A stretch of DNA of 62,252 nucleotides, the filler included, from Nemertoderma westbladi (Eukaryota; Animalia; Xenacoelomorpha): assembly GCA_032718475.1 (NCBI GenBank). It is 3 parts of 3 records of this genome, joined end to end, with 100 filler letters (N's around TTAATTAATTAA, not from the genome) between each part and the next. Parts side by side here need not be neighbours in the genome. Positions count along the whole stretch, not along the records: positions 47,977 to 62,252 come from JAUCBJ010008326.1; 2 more parts are not named here. One strand, given 5' to 3'. Position numbers and translations under genes: made by a program. The notes beneath the pieces are model-generated. The model had not been told where the DNA came from, searched no databases, and saw only the letters and a program-made list of their open reading frames with translations. This document shows positions 47,977-60,550 of the stretch, piece after piece (positions within the stretch are counted from its first letter, which is position 1; every line of letters begins with the position of its first letter).

Positions 47977-50900
47977 ACATCTAGGGACTCCATAACGTAG
48001 CAACATATGGAGTGGGCGTGTGACTCTATTATTTTATATTATTTTATTATTTTTATATTTATGTATGGTAATACATACATAAATATAATCTGATGTCTGA
48101 TGTAATTTTATTATAATCGTTTTATTTAATTTAGTAGAATATTATTTAGCGATTATTTTGTAGAATAGTGCAATATATTCGTGTTTATTACGTACGTAAT
48201 TACTTATATTATATTTAGTGCGACGGCGAGAAATAATTATTTTTCTCTTTCCTTACTGCTCGTATTCTATTATAAATACGTAACTACAGTAAGATGAAAT
48301 GTCCGTACTTATTAAAGTACAATAAAGCCACTACTATATTTAAGTATTATTGGTAGGCAGAGTATTAGGAATGCAAAGTTCAGATCCTCGTGTCTCGGCT
48401 AAACCAAGCTCTGGGTAGACCTTGGAAACGACTTGCCTCTTCACACTGACATTGCTTCGTGCGATATTGCTCTCATACCGTATATTAAATAATACATATA
48501 GTAGCGTGATGTCCCTTTAACAGTAGCGTATAACGCAAAATAAATCTGTTAAACCCTTTGACCATCTGTAATTCTAGTCGATTAAGATATCGCGGCACCC
48601 ACCGATATACTTGAAAGACAAATTCTAGAATCAGTGGTTAACGTCCCCAGACAAGTTCTGGAATAAATCGGTGCCCATCTCAAATATTAATTATTTAATA
48701 TTTGCAAATCTAATAAATCAAAATCTGTAAAATTCAGATCCTTCAACAATTCTAGTCAATTAAGATATCGTAGCATTTACCGATATTCTTAAAAGACAAT
48801 TGTCATAGAATTAAGGATCTTGTGTCCCCAGACATGTTCTAGAATCCAAATATGTCCATTTAATTATCAAATAATAAAATTTCAGGGAATCAATTTAAAT
48901 TCATGCCTTTTAATGAATTTAATAAATTGCCATTTTACGCAATTTATAAAGTTCCCAAAATTCCATTAATTAATAGATCAAGGGAGCGGAGATTTATCTT
49001 ATCATGCGTATGAGTGTGTGAAAGTCTCCCAAACATAGTCAATAGCCGATAAAATTCATAAAGTCATGTATAAAACAGAACATTGACTATTAAAGAATAC
49101 TATTAAATAACATCCCAGATCTGTATGCATTGGAACTACCCTAATTCTACCGCTAGCTTTGCATAATGTCACCATAGCAACAACCACGCTAGAATTAGAA
49201 TTGAGTTAAAAGAACAATAGAAAGCTTGTCCCATTGAATAGCATAGGGAATAAATAGCGCACTACTAGTATCCAAGGATACATAATAATACAGTGACATT
49301 CTGGAAGGCATTGACTAACGGACAAATGGCCCGAATGTGTGTAATTTGTGACAAGTTGTGTGTGTGGTATTTGTGAGTTTATAGGTGAATGTTACTGCTA
49401 AGGTGTGTTTACAGTAGCCAGTCGCAATCGTAAAGTAACCTAACTCTCCAAGGAATACCTGAAGTACATCTAAGCCTTTGGGACGGACAGTCGAGTGACT
49501 TGTGCCGGTTGTCGTTGTCGTTGTGCGGCTACGTCGTTGGCGAAAGTACAGCGGCGACGACACATCGGCGCTGAGGATCTCGTACTGTCCGGGGGTTAAT
49601 TGGAGTAGGCAGCGACGCTCGCTAGCCTGAATATAAACTCCTTATACTGTGGATAAACTCATATATAGCAGACATGACGGAGTTGATGGAAGATGTTCTT
49701 GGTATCGGGGAGCGATATACTCTACTTTACAAGCGTTTGTTGATAGCTTAATACGCGGCGACGTTAGTCCAACTGCTGCGGAGGACGATGGTCGTTATAT
49801 CGAACCGACAATGTCCCAAGTGCAGCTCTCGCGCGAGTTGGACTATAGAAAATTCGCTGCTCGATATACGCAGCGTAATGGTACGTATATGGTCTTCTTA
49901 ACTACTGGTCATCCTATCGATTTACACAATACGGACTATGTCGACTATATATCCTGCCCAGCGGAGTCGGAACCATAAACTGAAATTCGAATGCGAAAAT
50001 TCTATTCGAAATCGGCTCGAAAGAAAAGACACTAAAGAAACAAATGGACGCGGTAACTCCAAAGTATATTTGGAATTCTTGATAGAAGCATTGTAACAAC
50101 AAATAAATGTCACCCGCGTTTACCCTACCAGACGTGCGTCTTTGGTATTATTACGATAAATGCCCTAGACCCAAATAATAAACGGAAAGACATAAACATC
50201 CATGTAAACCGAAACTTGTTGACGTATCACCTATGCTCACTCGGCTCGAACGATCCTGGAGTAAACCTACGATCAGAGTCCCGGAATACTCGGTCAAACC
50301 TCCTCATTCCTTAGTTGGACCTCAGACCTGCGATCCTGGTGGTGTCGCGGATCCTCGCGGACTGTATTCACTGTTCAAAGATCTAGTGCTACCCTAACAA
50401 TTAATCGGTAACACTCCGACAGTGATTTCTAGCTAGCCGCCCATCTTACCTAGCCGGATTGTGACGCGGACACCTAATATCACTATCCAACCGTATGGTC
50501 GTCCACGTTTAACGCGATACAACCCCTCATCAAGGTGAAGGAGAGCGTTGTACGAAACGAGTTAAACGCTATTTTATAAAGATCAAAAAGGAAACCTGCG
50601 TTTGTTCAGATAAACGTAAGTTATAACAGTGAGTCCAATCGATAAACGAATTGGCCTTATCTCAATTCGATTGGGAAATCCAGAATCTCTAAGAAGTTAT
50701 CGAACTTGGACGATCCTATTCTCTGCGAGAGTTTTTGGATGAACGTATCCAGCTACGAGCGGAGGAAAATCAGCTCGAGGAGAAGCATATCGAAACGGCA
50801 GATACCTCGACCACAATCCTACACCTTCTGATGCAATCATATTGCACCCTTCACCCAGGAGTTATGGCCCTCCTAGTAAAGTGGCTCCCCCCAAAGAGAA

Positions 50901-52269
50901 AAAGACTCTTGCTAGCCTCAAAAAACTGCGTAAACGCCGTCTGCGTAAGAAAGACTAACTGTTTAGAGTATCTTTATGTTTTAGAAACTGTGATTTTTAT
51001 ATTTTATAGACTGAAAATCCCATTTTCTGGGAGCGGTGTAAAAGCCTTTGCTGAATTGCCCCGTTATTTTTATTATCTTTTACATTAAAATACTCTGTAG
51101 TTGATTTAATAAGTGTAAGAGACCGTATTATTGCTGTATCGGTGTTTTTAGAGGATCTAAGACCTATTTCCTCCGTATGTGTACTGTGAAAGGCATATTT
51201 TATGATTCTATGGCAATTCGTGACGCAAAGGGGTGATAGCTACTCTTGAACAGTAGTTACTATGACTACGGTTAACAGCTGACATTCATACGTGTTGATT
51301 TCCTTTGTTCTACGGCGTCTCTCAGTTCAGTCAGCCAATTAGAGCGTTTTTGTGGCTCCTTGTACAGAGAATTTCCGAGAAATGACGCAATGCCTATGTG
51401 CAGTGTTTACATTCAGTCCTGAGCCAAAGAAAGAACGGCTTGGAAGTATTTTGTGCTTTACTGTTTTTAGTCTTACACTAGTAGGTTTAATTATAAAGGG
51501 CATATATCCTTTAACCTAACGACTACTGCTACTGATGATCATACATCCTGACTGCTGAAACATTGCAAACTCATAACAATCAGTGTTCAGTTGTTGTTTT
51601 ATACTGCTATTTACTGTCAGTTCTTCATAATATGGTTGATGAATAATTATATTTGGAATAACGAGAAATAACCCCGAAACCCAATATTCTTGATATACCG
51701 AAGGTAAGAGAGAAAGGTTACAGATAAACGATTGTGACTTATGTTAAAGTGGTTTGAAGTGAATCTAATGTTATTTGATAGACCCTACATGAGTCAGTCT
51801 GTGTTCCTTTTATATGTGATTAAAATCAGTGAAGATTGGCAGATTAGTGTGCAGTATTGTGCAGCATTGTGTATGAGTGAGTCTGTTAAAGAAGCAATTC
51901 CTAAAGAATGCGCCATATATGTGAATTATAATTAAGCCATATCGTTGTGAGTAGTTTAAGTCATAACTCTGTTTATATAGATAAAGCGCCACGTCCTAAA
52001 GGAACTGTTAATATTCCCGAAGGTGAATAATATTGTCAGAGATTATATAATACTGTCAGTCGAATAATACATTAGGCTTACATAGCAATAAAATTAAACC
52101 GTCGAACCCAATCTCCCGGGAATCTCCAGCGGGTGAATGGTCGCGCACGGATTGGTTTCGACTAGTGTAGTGAATCAAATACTTGTCAAAGACTAAAAAC
52201 TGATTTAATATCTAGAAGACATCTTAATTTGGTGGGTTAAACTGCCAAAGGTCTGAAAGCGCGAACAGT

Positions 52270-52478
52270 TAGTACTCAGGCACTAAGGCCCATTAAAAAA
52301 CAAAATGTCCTATATTTTTAGTAATTTATGGGATAGCCTATTTCGTGCAATACTTACCGGAACCTGTAGTTACTGTATGGTTTGGTGTAGTTTTTCCTGT
52401 GGTAGTTGGGTTGGGTTATGTAGCACTAAAAGTGATTTGGTATTTTGTTTTTTAATGGGCCTTAGTGCCTGAGTACTA
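52270..52478. mobile_element. 209-bp MITE with ~38-bp perfect TIRs and a candidate 5-bp TSD
   Basis: ACAGT|TAGTACTCAGGCACTAAGGCCCATTAAAAAACAAAAT ... ATTTTGTTTTTTAATGGGCCTTAGTGCCTGAGTACTA|ACAGT. Confidence 0.85.
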
Positions 52479-53224
52479 ACAGTGGCCCAAGTGGCCCTAA
52501 ATGCTAGGTAGTATCTGAGGGAATAAGACCCCATATCCTATTTTATTGTTTTCATATCAAGGGATATCCCAAGGGACAACATTCTTGGGACTTCCATCCA
52601 TATGTATAACTCTTTGTTATACATACCGGACTGTGATAAATCCAAGTCTATCGGGCCATCCTTTATTTTTATCTCATTGTTCATTCCAGATTATTTGAGA
52701 GATACTTTTTCTAGATTAAGGCTTTATGTCGCATAATCTAAATGTTGAGAAGGGCCGCTGCTCTCGCATTCCTCTCTCCAATAGAACGTGTGAATGTGAC
52801 TATATAGGTTCGAGGTACGACAACAATACAGGCCGAGGAGTGGCCATCAAATTAATTCCATCAGTTTGATAGGCTCCTCCGGATGGTTCTTGATTTCTCT
52901 AATAATAATAATAATAATATTTATAAAGCGCCTTTCTAATCACTATTTCAAGGCGCTGGTCTAACCTGAACAGTGTATTCAGTACGGTGTATTTGCGTAA
53001 ACCATCTAATCAATGATATGTCAGTATACATTAGAATATATAAATTAGATGGAATTCATATTTAATTTAAAAATAATTAGTAATGTCAATTCAATTAATA
53101 CGTTATATTGTTTGGACAACGTATTTTTACATTTGTAAATTTTACATATATTAAATAATATATTTTATAATGTATTAAATAATATATTATATAGAATATT
53201 AAATAAAGTGTTTATTTCTTGCAG

Positions 53225-56200
53225 TCACCATCTTTGAAAACGGAAGAGACGATAACACAGGAACAACTCAGGGCCATTCAGCTGTCCCAATCATTGAACG
53301 ACAACTCAGAACCCCCATTGGATGACGACCCCCCTATATACGATCCAACAGATAAAATATTGGCAGCCAATCAGGAACTAGCTAGTCAACCTTCCAATCA
53401 GGATAGACGTCGAGTAGTCGGTTTCAAAGAATCCTTGATTGACTTTGAAGCGCCCGCAGACGAATTCTCAGATGGGGGTGAACAGCTGAATAAACCCAGC
53501 AGTGACAATATTGATAATAAGAAACAAGTTTTAGTAGAGCGAGAGGGAAAATTTGAACTGGTAGATGAAAGCGAATTGGTGAAGGGGTCGCAGAGACTGA
53601 GGATTAGTACAGCGGGTCCAGGGAGAACATTGGATGATACTGGTAACATAAAACGAAAAGTGAAAAGGCCGAAATCAGCGCCACATACAAAGAGCAGACC
53701 TATTCCCCCTTTTCTAGAGGTAAATATATTTTACAAACTTTTTTTAGTTTAGGACTATTATAGGCAACATTCAATCATTTAGACAACAGCAATAATTGAA
53801 TTCATATCTACATTGAAAATAATTAATTCTTGAAATGTGGAAGAAATTTTTTTTCATTGAAAAGAAAATAGCAATATTGCAGAGAGAAACATTCCAAACT
53901 ATTTTGTTCACCCATGTGAAGAATACCATCATTTTTCGGTCGAAAATATGTTGGAATTTCATATATAAAAAATTTGTATTTTTTATATTTCTCCTTATTA
54001 AGTGTTTTATAACACGTATCTAAATTTTATAACATGTATAGATATTAATTCGTTTATTGTTTTGGTTAGACTCAGCCCTACTATATGTAACGTGTGTGGT
54101 GGTAAACAACGAAGTGAAATATTCCTGCAGATTGATATAAATTCACATTGGCCATTTTCTCCAATGTCAAACAAAATTCATACATCAAGCGAAATTTCCA
54201 ATATTGTTATGGGAGTAAACTCAATGCCGATAACCGATATGAATATTACGTGAAAGGAGCAGGTTACAGTGGCGGTTATTTCTAACCAAAACAATAATGG
54301 AGAGTCAAGAGAATTAGTTGAAGTTTACTTTTGTTCATAATAACAGTTGTCGGTTGAGATTGTCGGCTGTCGGAGTATTGTTTACACCCTATCCTACATT
54401 TAATTTTTGTGTAAAATAATAATATTGCACAATCAGATGGTATAGAAGTGTTGTACAGAAACAGAAAACCAAAATTGCCAAGGTGTTTCGCCTATTCATC
54501 GCAACTAAGACAATAGGTAATTAATATGATATTAATACATAGACATGCGCAGTAATACATAACGCTTTATTTTTCGAAATATTCATACCACAAGCAAACC
54601 CGTACGCGTACAGGAATAATAGACACAAAACGACCGATATATTGGTATTCTTAACAATAGATGACCAATGATGCCCCTAGAATGTCGTGTAAAAGGGAAT
54701 TACACAATATGTTATTATTATTATTATTAATAATTGTGGCATTATTAGATAACGGCTACATCATAATAAATATATGTACTGTATGTAGTTTATATAGACT
54801 ATTAGATAATAATAATAAATAATTATAGACAAAAGGAGAAACAAAAGTGGTTTTATAACATATACAATTATTATATAAAATCATGTAAGTAACAATTGAA
54901 ATATATTAAAAAATATATAAATAATTCGAGTGGCTGCCATACTGAAACAATTTCTACTGCCGCACACAGTTGCATTTTTATAAGGAATAATATATGTTTT
55001 TTATACATATTACATAATTCAGTTTAATGAAGTACAGTAGTCCTAATGTATATCATAATACACATGCGAACATAACTTTTAATAATTAATGCTGAAAGTT
55101 AAATTAACAATACAGTTAATTTAAGTAATAAAGAAAATATGCTCTGTTGAAAATATTATGCTCGTATTAGATTGGTATCTTCAGTTTGTAAAGATAGGTA
55201 ATTTTTTTTTATTGTTAATATTTCGTTCAAATTAATATTCCGTAATATATTGTTTTAGCAACCAAAACGTAACCAAGAAACGTACAGACTTACAGACGAG
55301 CAAAAGAGAGAGCGGAGGGAACTATATAAGGTTAGTACGAAGTACTGAACGAAAAATATAATCCGGTTAGAATTAAGAACTGAACGAAAAATATAATCCG
55401 GTTAGAATGAAGTACTGAACGAAAAATATAATCCGGTTAGATTGAAGTACTGAACGAAAAATATAATCCGGTTAGAATGAAGTACTGAACGAAAAATATA
55501 ATCCGGTTAGATTGAAGTACTGAACGAAAAATATAATCCGGTTAGATTGAAGTACTGAACGAAAAATATAATCCGGTTAGATTGAAGTACTGAACGAAAA
55601 ATATAATCCGGTTAGATTGAAGTACTGAACGAAAAATATAATCCGGTTAGAATGAAGTACTGAACGAAAAATATAATCCGGTTAGAATGAAGTACTGAAC
55701 GAAAAATATCATCCGGTTAGATTTAAGTACTGAACGAAAAATGTAATCCGGTTAGAATGAAGTACTGAACGAAAAAGATAATCCGGTTAGAATGAAGTAC
55801 TGAACGAAAAATGTAATCCGGTTAGATTGAAGTACTGAACGAAAAATATAATCCGGTTAGAATGAAGTACTGAACGAAAAATATCATCCGGTTAGAATGA
55901 AGTACTGAACGAAAAATATAATCCGGTTAGAATTAAGTACTGAACGTAAACTGTCATCCGGTTAGAATGATGAACGCAAGGAGAAATTACAAGTTATACT
56001 TCAAAAAATTCCTAATTATTTAGTGGAAGTTGTGTATATCATCTTACAATACCGAAAATTATGACTTAGATTCACGAAATGAATGAATTAAATGAAGCCG
56101 CTAAGGGGGAACTACTGAAATAAAACTACCGTATTTGTATTTTTTGATATCATTCCTTTCAGAAAGAAATGAAGAAGAGACATGAGTTGCAGATGAAAGC

Positions 56201-57567
56201 CGAGGAAGATGAAAAACAGAAAAGAGAGGATAATAACAAAGCTTTCCTGGCCTGGCTTCAATCCAAGCGAAAATCTGAGAGGGAAAGACGGTTGATGGAA
56301 GGCAATGTTAAATCAACTGAGGTGAGTTATTGTTCCTGGGTTACAGGTTAATCAATAATTTAATGAGTTTAGGGTTCTTACAGTAACTGTACTGTATGTA
56401 TATTATATTATATTATCTCATCAAACTGTATGCGTGCTTAAAATCAAATACAGGGTATTATTGATGCAAATCCAACAACGCGGCGAATTAAAAATTATCA
56501 ATCAAGGGAGAGGAGCATGTTACAGTGGGACGTTATTCTAACCAAAACACTAAACTAAAAAATAGCAAAGGCAATAACAGTTTAGTCATTGATCATAATC
56601 AGATGTTGTTAATTTTCCCTTGGAGGGGTTGATTGAATTTTGATTGCGTTAAAATTAATGACACTAATTAAATTGTTTTCAGGGTTCGATAGATTCGAAA
56701 GAAAAGGACTCCTATATGCAGGAATGGCTGAAAACGAAGAAATTGCAACAGGACCAAGAGCGGAAAATCAACCAATTACAGAGGGAAGAAGAAGTTTCTA
56801 GAACAGTGAAAAACGAACGGAGGCAATGCGAAAGGGTCTTCCGAAATTGGTTGAGGAAAAAACGTAGAGAGGAGAAACAGGTTAATGACATCTACAGTAC
56901 CCACTTGCCATATTTCTTTTAACAAAAATCTCTAATGAATATACTGTAGGCCCTACGGTGTATAGTAGGGCTTTGCAAAGCAGCAGTCAGACAGTCTAGA
57001 CTCCACCAAAGTCGTAACTTACATCGTATAATAAATTAACGACCATAAAATCTAGACCGTCTACCATCTAGACAGCCCGGGCGCATCTCTGCCTTGCATC
57101 CTTAAATGGTAGCTAAATGAGTACTGGAGTTTCCTCTGGAGAGTAAAGTTCTGGGGGGACCGCACTGGAAATAAGTCGTCAAACTTTGTGCGTAATCCCT
57201 GGCCTAGCGGCCGAAGAAAATTTACTTTTACTTTACTTTTGCAATCAATATTCATTCTACGCAATCGCTTTGTTTGATATATATAAAATTATTTTTTTAA
57301 AACTTCTTTATAATATTAATATTAATCCTTTTGGAAAGTCTGCTTTAATTCAAATTGGCCGCAACCGGCCACTCGAGGAAAATTATTGCGTACCGGTACC
57401 TTTATTCAATAATTTTTAAATTCCAGGCGAAACTTCTCGATCAACGGTGCAACAAAAGTCGTTACTTCTCTGAAATGGAAAGGAACCGGAGAATGACTCG
57501 AATAAAAGACTCAATCAAAGCGATCCAATCATTCCAATTCGTTGATTACTATGGTTACAGAAGCTGA
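53225..57567 (+). CDS. CCDC181: Coiled-coil domain-containing protein 181 homolog; first coding exon not located
   Basis: Phase-0 exons 53225-53719, 55259-55330, 56163-56321, 56683-56880, 57427-57567 (TGA). Motifs VLVEREGKFELV, TYRLTDEQK, NNKAFLAWLQSKRK, FRNWLRKKRRE and FVDYYGY match recalled CCDC181 features. Confidence 0.8.
55331..55975. repeat. 34-35-bp minisatellite, ~18 copies, starting at a CCDC181 splice donor
   Basis: Unit GAAGTACTGAACGAAAAATATAATCCGGTTAGAAT. Confidence 0.95.
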
Positions 57568-58194
57568 TTCAATTGTTTAGCTGAAAACCACGGCAACATA
57601 ACCAGAGACTAATAACAAACTATCTACTGTACATAAAACACTGTACTGTATGGATTACCAATTAGGTCGCCGTTTCAACCTATTTAACATTTTAACTTAA
57701 TTTCGCGAATATATAATTTCGATATTCGCAAATTAAAGTACCTTTTTCAGGAAAGTTGCAGGTTATAATGGCAGGATTTTTTAACCAAAACAATAAACTA
57801 AATTTCGGAACACAGTTTACAGTAAAAATTTTACTTCTAGGCACTAATTTTTCAATATTAATTTAACATTAACCCTATGGCAAGTTTGAAGCGACAATTT
57901 GCGTACTGTATCAGGCCATGACTGACTGTACTATTTACATGGAAAAGCGATTGCTAATTTACTACTGTAACGCACCACTTCTCCTTGTATCACGTTTCAT
58001 ACTGAAGTTTCAAAAAATGTTTATTAATTTATTATCTACACCAATGCAAAACACTTTAGAAATTTACTTTTTTAACAAAAACTGACATCCTAGCGTTAAC
58101 AATACTCGTGGGCTAAGAATACTCGCAGGATAAAAATACAAAAACATAGTCATGTCATACAGTAGGCGTATATGGGGGAGGGGGAGGGGGTAAC

Positions 58195-58249
58195 CAAGCC
58201 GGCACAGCATTCTTAAAAATGCAGCTGCAATGCAGCATGCCGATCCTAG
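58195..58249 (+). mobile_element. ~55-bp extreme 3' tip of the RTE-like LINE with a candidate TSD
   Basis: CAAGCCGGCACAGCATTCTTAAAAATGCAGCTGCAATGCAGCATGCCGATCCTAG matches 3554-3608; TATGGGGGAGGGGG at 58171-58184 and 58250-58263. Confidence 0.85.
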
Positions 58250-58427
58250 TATGGGGGAGGGGGGTTGTAATGATAAATTTCATTAAAGTTCCAAACGTTT
58301 TATGGGAATCCAATTTAGTTGACTTTCAATTAAATTTGATTTCCTAGAATATTACCAGCTCGAGTTTAATGTTTTGGTACCTTTGAACCCGCCATTTCTT
58401 TACTTTAGCCTGCAAATTTCCACCTAT

Positions 58428-58510
58428 TGTTTACGTGGTAACCATGACGGCGTTAAGTAATGTCCACTAGGGGAACATTACTTAACGCCGTCATGGTTAC
58501 CACGTAAACA
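58428..58510. repeat. Perfect inverted repeat, 36-bp arms, 11-nt spacer
   Basis: TGTTTACGTGGTAACCATGACGGCGTTAAGTAATGT / ACATTACTTAACGCCGTCATGGTTACCACGTAAACA. Confidence 0.95.
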
Positions 58511-59142
58511 TCATGGTTACCTGTAAACAATAACACCAAATACAATACTAAATGTACAGGCCCATACAATTGTAATGTCCTCTAAAGTTGTAAAGTGCTA
58601 AATAACAACTCGCTGTTAATACTAACGCGTTGAGTAATGTTAAAATTTTGAAATAAAAGAGTTTATTGTAAGTTTAAATTCTGTAATTCGGTAATTCAGC
58701 AAATAAAATGAGTGATTTAAGAAGAAAATTTAACATATGTGGGGGGGGGGGGGGATTGTCGCCTGTCATCACACCAGTACAATACAATACAACTGCATCA
58801 TGTCAGAGTCAGTACAGCTGTTGTAGGCTAATGTGATGCTGGACACAGGAAGTGTGAAGTGTAAAGTCAATAGGCCTAATACCTTAATACAGTAATACAA
58901 TAATACTGTAGGCCTAATACAGTGATATCTGGATATTGCAGTAGCTACTGTAATAGGCCTACTGTAATAAGGGCAAAGTACTGCAGTATTATACAGTGTA
59001 GGCCTACCGGTACTCAGTAGTGCAGGGGACTGTTGTACCTAGACCTACCTACCAGACATACCCAGCTAACCCCCTACTGACAGACTGACGTACATTTATT
59101 GTTGATAAGATAACTCCAGAACTCAACTATCAGCTGACAGCC

Positions 59143-60075
59143 ATGTTGTCATGTCGTTTACTGAAACGTTATGTTTCTACCAGTCCAGTACCTCGAGCTC
59201 CCATCGCCGCGGTTACCGTAATTGGTTCCGGTTCCATGGGCGCCGGGATAACCCAGGTCGCCGCGCAAACTCAACACAAAGTCACTCTGGTCGATGTAAA
59301 CGATAAAATTCTAGAGAAAAGCTTACAGAATATAAAAAAAAGTTTATTGAAAATCGCTAAGAAAAAATTCGGAGATGCTGATTCGATCGAAAGTAAATCA
59401 TTTCTTGATTCAACCTTCTCGCGTATTACAACATCAACCGATGTAGAATCCGCTGTAGAAACTACAGACCTTGTTATCGAAGCAATCATAGAGAATCTCA
59501 AGGTTAAACAAGAGTTATTCCAACGTTTAGATAAGGCGACTCCTCCCCACGCTATACTAACTAGTAATACTAGTTCCTTACCAATACAGGAGATAGCCAA
59601 AGGTTCGAGTAGGCAAGCAAAATTTGCTGGTTTACATTTTTTTAATCCGGTACCGCTGATGAAACTAGTTGAAATAGTCCGCATCCCTGCCACCTCAGAT
59701 GAAACGTTCGGTAAGTTGAGAGAATTTACTGAAACGCTTGGTAAAACCTCGATAGAGTGTAAGGATACTCCTGGTTTCGTTGTAAACAGGTTGTTGGTTC
59801 CTTATCTTAGTGAAGCTATTAAAATGTATGAGAGAGGAGATGCGAGTGCTAAAGATATAGATCTTGGTATGAAGTTAGGAGCGGGTCACCCTATGGGACC
59901 TCTGGAATTAGCGGACTATGTTGGCCTAGATGTCTGTTTGATGGTCCTAGAAGGTTGGCATGCCAACTATCCTGATAACCAATCGTTTAAACCTCCGGAG
60001 TTGCTAAAGAAACTATTTAAAGAAAATAAACTCGGTGTTAAAACTGGTGAAGGCATTTATAAATACGATAAATAA
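59143..60075 (+). CDS. HADH: 3-hydroxyacyl-CoA dehydrogenase (short-chain, mitochondrial), intronless
   Basis: 310-aa intact ORF with an Arg/Ser-rich presequence, Rossmann [29 protein letters not shown], catalytic [42 protein letters not shown] and [12 protein letters not shown]. Confidence 0.97.
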   Translation: MLSCRLLKRYVSTSPVPRAPIAAVTVIGSGSMGAGITQVAAQTQHKVTLVDVNDKILEKSLQNIKKSLLKIAKKKFGDADSIESKSFLDSTFSRITTSTDVESAVETTDLVIEAIIENLKVKQELFQRLDKATPPHAILTSNTSSLPIQEIAKGSSRQAKFAGLHFFNPVPLMKLVEIVRIPATSDETFGKLREFTETLGKTSIECKDTPGFVVNRLLVPYLSEAIKMYERGDASAKDIDLGMKLGAGHPMGPLELADYVGLDVCLMVLEGWHANYPDNQSFKPPELLKKLFKENKLGVKTGEGIYKYDK

Positions 60076-60311
60076 ATAATATTTATTAATTTCATTTAAT
60101 TGAGTAGAATGATATTTTATAATAATCTAATATGTTATCAGTAATTAACTGTAATTCCGTTGTCCCAGAATACCTGATTAATTTTTTCGTCATTGTTAAA
60201 TTGTGCTGTAAAAATTATGACATTACAAATATACTAAACATATCTCTAGTTTATATCCTGCGAAGTCTTCCTGAAATCTGATACGGCCGAATTCCGAATG
60301 ACCCTTTTTTG

Positions 60312-60550
60312 GCCCATGTGAAGTATACTAGACTTTCTGCTGATATATGTCACTTTGCAGTTTACCGCCAGTTTACTAAAACCACAGGTTTCAGAAGGGC
60401 TGATTCTAACCAAAACAATAAACTAATATACAGGTTATAAGACAGAAATAATCGCAATAAGGAAAAATACAAATTCTTGGAATTCTTCATATATAGAATT
60501 CCGGTAGAATTTCGACCCAGAAGTGAAAACCTGGTATTTTTCACATGGGC
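60312..60550. mobile_element. MITE with TIR GCCCATGTGAAG (copy 2)
   Basis: GCCCATGTGAAGTATACTAG ... CTGGTATTTTTCACATGGGC; internally homologous to 23484-23759. Confidence 0.8.

Noticed and set aside
51632-51703. Candidate first exon of CCDC181 (ATG...CCGAAG|GTAAGA)
   Set aside because: Good donor and phase, but two in-frame TAA codons; not supportable as coding.
59271-59693. Antisense ORFs over HADH and over the transposase (44337-44741)
   Set aside because: Shadows of real coding sequence on the opposite strand.
59143-60075. Bacterial origin or contamination for the intronless HADH
   Set aside because: It has a mitochondrial-type presequence and animal SCHAD-like motifs, and is flanked by repeats shared with the rest of the window.
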